Positions 46,072 to 50,242 of a DNA stretch of 50,242 nt are shown here, in pieces (the stretch's first letter is position 1; each line of letters begins with the position of its first letter). The DNA lies in assembly GCA_043826455.1 (NCBI GenBank), contig JBDRQD010000028.1, forward strand, positions 1 through 50,242. The letters run 5' to 3'. A model generated the notes under the pieces. That model saw only the letters and a list, made by a program, of their open reading frames with translations. It did not search any database and was not told where the DNA came from. Source of the DNA: Candidatus Bathyarchaeota archaeon. Its GTDB lineage: Archaea; Thermoproteota; Bathyarchaeia; TCS64. The position numbers and the translations under genes were made by a program.

Positions 46072-47562
46072 ATGCGTATAGCGGTTGCATGTTTCAGTCA
46101 CGAGACCCTGACCTTCTGCCCGGAGCTTAGCACTCTGGAGGCGTGGGAGGCCGGGGGCATCAGGTACGGGCCGGAGGCCCTGGACACGGAGGGTGAGGGG
46201 CAGGGCTATATCACAGGGATGAAGGAGGCGGCCCAGGAGCACGAGGACGTGGAGCTGGTGGGTGTTCTGCGGACGGGGTGGCCTAAGCTGACGGGGTACG
46301 GGAGCTGGATCACCACGGAGGCCTTCGATGTGATTACGGGGCGGATCGTTTGCAGGCTTGAGGAGCAGGTGTCTAAGGGCCTGGATGGGGTGCTGCTGGC
46401 GTTGCATGGGGCTATGGCGGTGACTAATGTGCCGAGGCCTGAGGCGGAGATCGTGCGGCGGGTGAGGAAGGTGGTGGGCGACGTGCCTATCATGGTGACC
46501 TTTGATCTGCATGCGAACGAGGACGTGGAGATGGCTAACGCGGCTGATGGGGTGTTCATATTGAAGACGTATCCGCATCTGGACGACCACCAGATTGGGT
46601 TGACGGCGGGCAGGTGCATCATCGAGACGATCCGGGGCTGCTTTAAGCCGGTGATGGCTTTCAGGAAGCCCAAGATTGTGTGCGCCAGCGTCTTCCAGGC
46701 GTCAGAGTTCCACCCCATGAAGAGGGTGTATGACAGGTGCCGGGAGTGGGAGAGTAAGGGGGTTTACTGTGCGTCTGTTGCGCCCGGGTTCGCTTACGCG
46801 GATGTGCCGGATGTGGGGGCCAGCGTCTTCGTGGTGACGGATGGGGATCATGGGCTGGCGGAGGAGGCGGCGCAGGACTTGCATGATCTCATGTGGGGTC
46901 TCCGGGGTGATCTGACCCGGGAGCTGCCTGGTGCGAGGGACGGGGTGGCTCAGGTTATGAGGCTGGTGGGGGACGGCATCAAGCCTGTTGTGATTGCTTA
47001 CCATGATGACCGGCTGGGGGACGGGACTCATGTGCTGCGGGAGTTACTGGATCAGGGGGCGGTTAACTGGTGTAGCACGGGGGTGGCGGACCCTCGGGTG
47101 CTAGGGGTGCTGAAGGAGCGGCACAAGGTGGGGGATAGGGTGACTGTGAGGATCGGTGGGTGGCTGGACCCGGTGAGCGGTGAGCCGGTGGAGGTGACGG
47201 GTGTGGTGGAGTATCTGGGTGGTGCTGAGTGGGTGGAGACTGGGCCTATGGGGCGTGGGGCTCATGAGCGGGTGGAGTTGGTGGCGTCGCTGGACTTGGG
47301 TTTGAACCGGCATGTGGTGATCACGGAGAGGTTGAGTGCGCCTATGAGTGCGGACCCGTTGAAGGCGCTGGGGCTGGATGTGGATGGCTTCGATATTGTG
47401 GAGATTAAGAGTAGGGTTCATCATAAGGCTTGGTGGGATACGTGGAGTGCCCGGGATTTTCCGGTTGATCCTCCTGGGTTGGGGCCTGCGAATCTGGGGA
47501 TATTAGAGTATAGGAACATGCCTTGGGATATTTATCCTGTTGGGGGTAAGTATCGGGGCTAG
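46072..47562 (+). CDS. M81 family metallopeptidase (MlrC-like)
   Basis: SHET, LLALHGAM, FDLHAN, KTYPHLD, GFAYAD, IKSRVH. Confidence 0.9.
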   Translation: MRIAVACFSHETLTFCPELSTLEAWEAGGIRYGPEALDTEGEGQGYITGMKEAAQEHEDVELVGVLRTGWPKLTGYGSWITTEAFDVITGRIVCRLEEQVSKGLDGVLLALHGAMAVTNVPRPEAEIVRRVRKVVGDVPIMVTFDLHANEDVEMANAADGVFILKTYPHLDDHQIGLTAGRCIIETIRGCFKPVMAFRKPKIVCASVFQASEFHPMKRVYDRCREWESKGVYCASVAPGFAYADVPDVGASVFVVTDGDHGLAEEAAQDLHDLMWGLRGDLTRELPGARDGVAQVMRLVGDGIKPVVIAYHDDRLGDGTHVLRELLDQGAVNWCSTGVADPRVLGVLKERHKVGDRVTVRIGGWLDPVSGEPVEVTGVVEYLGGAEWVETGPMGRGAHERVELVASLDLGLNRHVVITERLSAPMSADPLKALGLDVDGFDIVEIKSRVHHKAWWDTWSARDFPVDPPGLGPANLGILEYRNMPWDIYPVGGKYRG

Positions 47563-47758
47563 CGTCTCTGTGTGTGTGCGTGGGGGGGGAGGGGGGGGGG
47601 TTCCATCACCGCCACCGCGGTTCCCGGTTTGCTGGTTTGTTTTTTGTTTTGGGGGTTTTTCCGGGGTTCTTTGGCGGTGGTGGTGGTTGGCGGTGTCCGT
47701 CGTTGGGTGGCTTTTTGGTTGGGTGGGGGAGGGGTTTTTTGGGTTGGTTTGGCTGGTT
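47563..47758. repeat. G/T-rich low-complexity convergent intergenic tract with inverted repeat
   Basis: G8 and G10 runs at 47582-47600; CCATCACCGCCA (47603-47614) pairs with TGGCGGTGGTGG (47672-47683). Confidence 0.7.
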
Positions 47759-48883
47759 TTAGTTTATTATCTGGAGTTCCTCTATTGGTCTGATCTCTGA
47801 GACGTTTCTGGGGCCGTGGGTGGTTATTTTGATGCTGTCCTCGGTGTGGATGCGTGTGCCTGCTGTGGCTATGCTGGGTTCGACTTGGATGAACATGCCG
47901 GGCTGTATGACCCAGTCTTGGTGGCTGGGGCCTAGGAATGGGGGCTCGTGGCAGCCTATGCCTATGGCGTGGCCTATGAAGGGGCGGGTGTAGGGGTGGC
48001 CGTGTTGCTGGTAGAATTGTTTGACTGTTTGGTGGACTTGGGCTACTGTTGTTCCTGGTTGGAGGGCTTGCTCTGTGGCGCGTTGGGCGGCTACTGTGAA
48101 GTCGTAGGCTTCTTGTTGTGTTTTGGTTGGTTTGGTTACTGCTGCTGTGCGGCTTATGTCGCTGAGGTAGCCTTGGAATAGGCAGCCGTAGTCTACGTGG
48201 ATGAGGTCGCCTGGTTTGAGGCGGTATGGGCCTGGGATGTGGTGGGTTTCGTGGATGTTGGGGCCTGCGCCCATGGTCATGAAGGCGACGGTGTCTGCGC
48301 CGTATTCCAGGGTTAGGGTGATCATGTCTCGGGCGATCTTTTTCTCGGTGTCGCCTGGGCGGGCCATCTCGAAGGCGGCGGTGATGGCCTTGGCTGTGGC
48401 GAGGTTGATTTTACTCAGATGCTTTAGTTCGTCGGGGCTCTTTATTGAGCGTAGCTTGTCGAGGATGGGCTGCGAGTCGGTGAAGGTGGCGTCGGGTAGC
48501 TTGCTTCGTAGGTGGTCTAGGAGGGCTCCGGGGATGTCGTGGGTCTCCACGGCTATGCGTGCCTTGGCGTGGCCTTGTTCTTTGAGGGTTGATGCTAGCT
48601 GTTCTATGGGTTTGTGGGGTTCCCATTCTCCGCCTTGGTAGGTGCGGAGGTCTTTGATCCATGTGGTCTGCTGGGCTGTGACGTGTTCGTTGGGGTGGAC
48701 TAGGAGGGTGGGTTCTTGGTTTTGGGGGATTATGGTGGCTGCTAGGCGTTTGAGCATGGTGATGGTGATGATGTCGCTGTGGCTGGTGTAGTAGACGTTG
48801 TCGTGGCTCGTAGCCACCAGCACGTCGATGTTGTGCCAGTCCATGAGTTCTTTAGTTTTCTTAAAACTGAAACCAGTTTTCAT
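47759..48883 (-). CDS. Xaa-Pro peptidase (M24) family protein
   Basis: LRSIKS, DYG...YLSDISRT, GHAIGIGCHEPP, EP, HTED. Confidence 0.92.
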   Translation of the reverse strand: MKTGFSFKKTKELMDWHNIDVLVATSHDNVYYTSHSDIITITMLKRLAATIIPQNQEPTLLVHPNEHVTAQQTTWIKDLRTYQGGEWEPHKPIEQLASTLKEQGHAKARIAVETHDIPGALLDHLRSKLPDATFTDSQPILDKLRSIKSPDELKHLSKINLATAKAITAAFEMARPGDTEKKIARDMITLTLEYGADTVAFMTMGAGPNIHETHHIPGPYRLKPGDLIHVDYGCLFQGYLSDISRTAAVTKPTKTQQEAYDFTVAAQRATEQALQPGTTVAQVHQTVKQFYQQHGHPYTRPFIGHAIGIGCHEPPFLGPSHQDWVIQPGMFIQVEPSIATAGTRIHTEDSIKITTHGPRNVSEIRPIEELQIIN

Positions 48884-49045
48884 GGAGAAAAGATGACCTT
48901 TTAAGTATTCATGGTTTGCTAGTTAGCGCTCTGTATGGAATTATATGACATAAAATTCATGTGAAATTGATGGTACGGAAAAACCTAAACTCCCAAACAA
49001 CTTCATTAATTTTTACGAATAAAATTTACGTCCATGTGAAATAAT

Positions 49046-49795
49046 CTAACTATTTAGATATAGTGCATTTATTCTTTTACTTATTGGTGGATGGCTGAAG
49101 CTTGGATCATCTAATTTACTTAATGATAACATCTTATTGAATGCCGACACTATTACGTCTATGCCTACTATTTTCTTAGTTATTAGATCAGCTTCTTTTT
49201 CAAATCTCCATCTAATAGGTATTAACATAACTAAAGACATACAGACAGCAGTTATGCCTCGCATTAATTCAGGAAGCGTTAGGTAACATACAGTTCCAAA
49301 AACATAAGGTATACAGAGTATTAATTGTAGTTTTATCAGATGCCGTCTTTTTATGTGGCCTAACTCATGTACTAATATTCCTAATTGTTCTTCTTTGTCT
49401 AAAACTTCCATTAATGGATAACCTATAATAATGGAATTACCTATAGTATAAGCGTTAAAAAGGTCGTTTCTTATTCCAAACTTTATTTTCTTATAATTCA
49501 ATCCTAACTGATTACATGCTTTTTTAACTTCAATAGGCATAGGCATCCATACTGTCTTTTTGTGGTATACATAATGTTTCCAGATGTTTTTTATTATATC
49601 AGGTGCTGTGTAAGCAGTAGTTACTCCGACTAAGATTGAAAAACTAAAAACCCCGGCAAATAGAAGTATATAATTTTTAAAATTCATGCCTAGTGAGGTC
49701 AAAGTAGAGCTTGCGCATATGGCTACTAGTAGGTATAGATTTTCATTGAACGTAGTTTTTATTGACTGATATAAAGAAGGGTTCATTTTACTCAT
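49046..49795 (-). CDS. M48 (HtpX-like) membrane zinc metalloprotease
   Basis: NAY, HELGH, EKEAD, SHPPISKRI; TM helices; AT-rich. Confidence 0.88.
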   Translation of the reverse strand: MSKMNPSLYQSIKTTFNENLYLLVAICASSTLTSLGMNFKNYILLFAGVFSFSILVGVTTAYTAPDIIKNIWKHYVYHKKTVWMPMPIEVKKACNQLGLNYKKIKFGIRNDLFNAYTIGNSIIIGYPLMEVLDKEEQLGILVHELGHIKRRHLIKLQLILCIPYVFGTVCYLTLPELMRGITAVCMSLVMLIPIRWRFEKEADLITKKIVGIDVIVSAFNKMLSLSKLDDPSFSHPPISKRINALYLNS

Positions 49796-49997
49796 CAGCT
49801 TCTATCTCCTTTTCGATTTTATTTTGAAGTTTTTTAATCGAATCTAGCGCCTCGTTAACTTCATCTGAGAAGTTCCAGCCTTTTTGAATCATATAATCTA
49901 TTAATTCACTACGGTTTTTGCCCAATGCCTTGGAGGTTTCCTCTAACTTTGTAATCGATTCTTCAGAGAGGGCTATACTTACTACCTTTTTTGGCAA
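49788..49997 (-). CDS. Ribbon-helix-helix (CopG-like) regulator
   Basis: KVVSIAL beta strand, helix, GKNRSELI; overlaps the M48 start by 8 bp. Confidence 0.8.
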   Translation of the reverse strand: MPKKVVSIALSEESITKLEETSKALGKNRSELIDYMIQKGWNFSDEVNEALDSIKKLQNKIEKEIEADE

Positions 49998-50108
49998 TTT
50001 CTTGATATATTATTATGATTCATAACTTAATAAGGTTTTCCCCTTAAAAATGATGTATAAATTTAATATTATATGTGTATGACTGCCTTTTTTCGAGCGG
50101 AGTAGAGG

Positions 50109-50242
50109 TTATCTATTAGTATTCCTGCCAGTGAACCCTGCTTTAGTAATTATTAAATAAAGATCGTCTGAATTTAATAAAGCCTCAATTATTTCTTTAA
50201 ACATATATGCATATGGGTTATTTGTCTTCTCTTGAATCATTA
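50109..50242 (-). CDS. Possible 3' end of a gene entering from beyond the window
   Basis: Open frame ...MIQEKTNNPYAYMFKEIIEALLNSDDLYLIITKAGFTGRNTNR* runs to the window edge. Confidence 0.3.
   Translation of the reverse strand, partial: MIQEKTNNPYAYMFKEIIEALLNSDDLYLIITKAGFTGRNTNR

Noticed and set aside
47540..47800. Gly/Val/Phe/Trp-rich ORFs in three frames
   Set aside because: Artefact of stop-poor G/T low-complexity DNA

Overview
Archaeal DNA, most likely Candidatus Bathyarchaeia (inferred from TATA-type promoters, PAC2, tungsten AOR, a GIPxxP-type sorting tail and a DUF4760-like paralogue pair; not proven). The window has three parts. (1) 1-7420 is an AT-richer accessory region. It holds two direct-repeat att-like sites, each a 22-bp identical core joined to a tRNA-Leu-like 3' fragment (1680-1740 and 7361-7420). 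Between them lie a class II UvrA gene and a run of five single-gene units, each bounded by a copy of a ~24-31-bp direct repeat (AATCGATGATTTTATCMTCACTTCACCMTAA). This looks like an integron-like gene-cassette array with non-attC sites and is the most interesting signal here; no recombinase is visible in the window. (2) About 7450-48900 is a GC-rich backbone of metabolic genes, including a complete bacterial-type shikimate/Phe operon (aroF-B-D-E-K-A-C-Q-pheA), AOR, superoxide reductase, a pentameric ligand-gated channel homologue, a solo DGQHR protein, an FtsX-type ABC system and an unannotated 58-aa zinc-finger protein. It ends in a strongly G+T-skewed domain with a C-tract direct repeat. (3) From about 48900 a new AT-rich segment begins (RHH regulator + M48 protease). 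Family assignments are from motif recognition by eye, not database searches.
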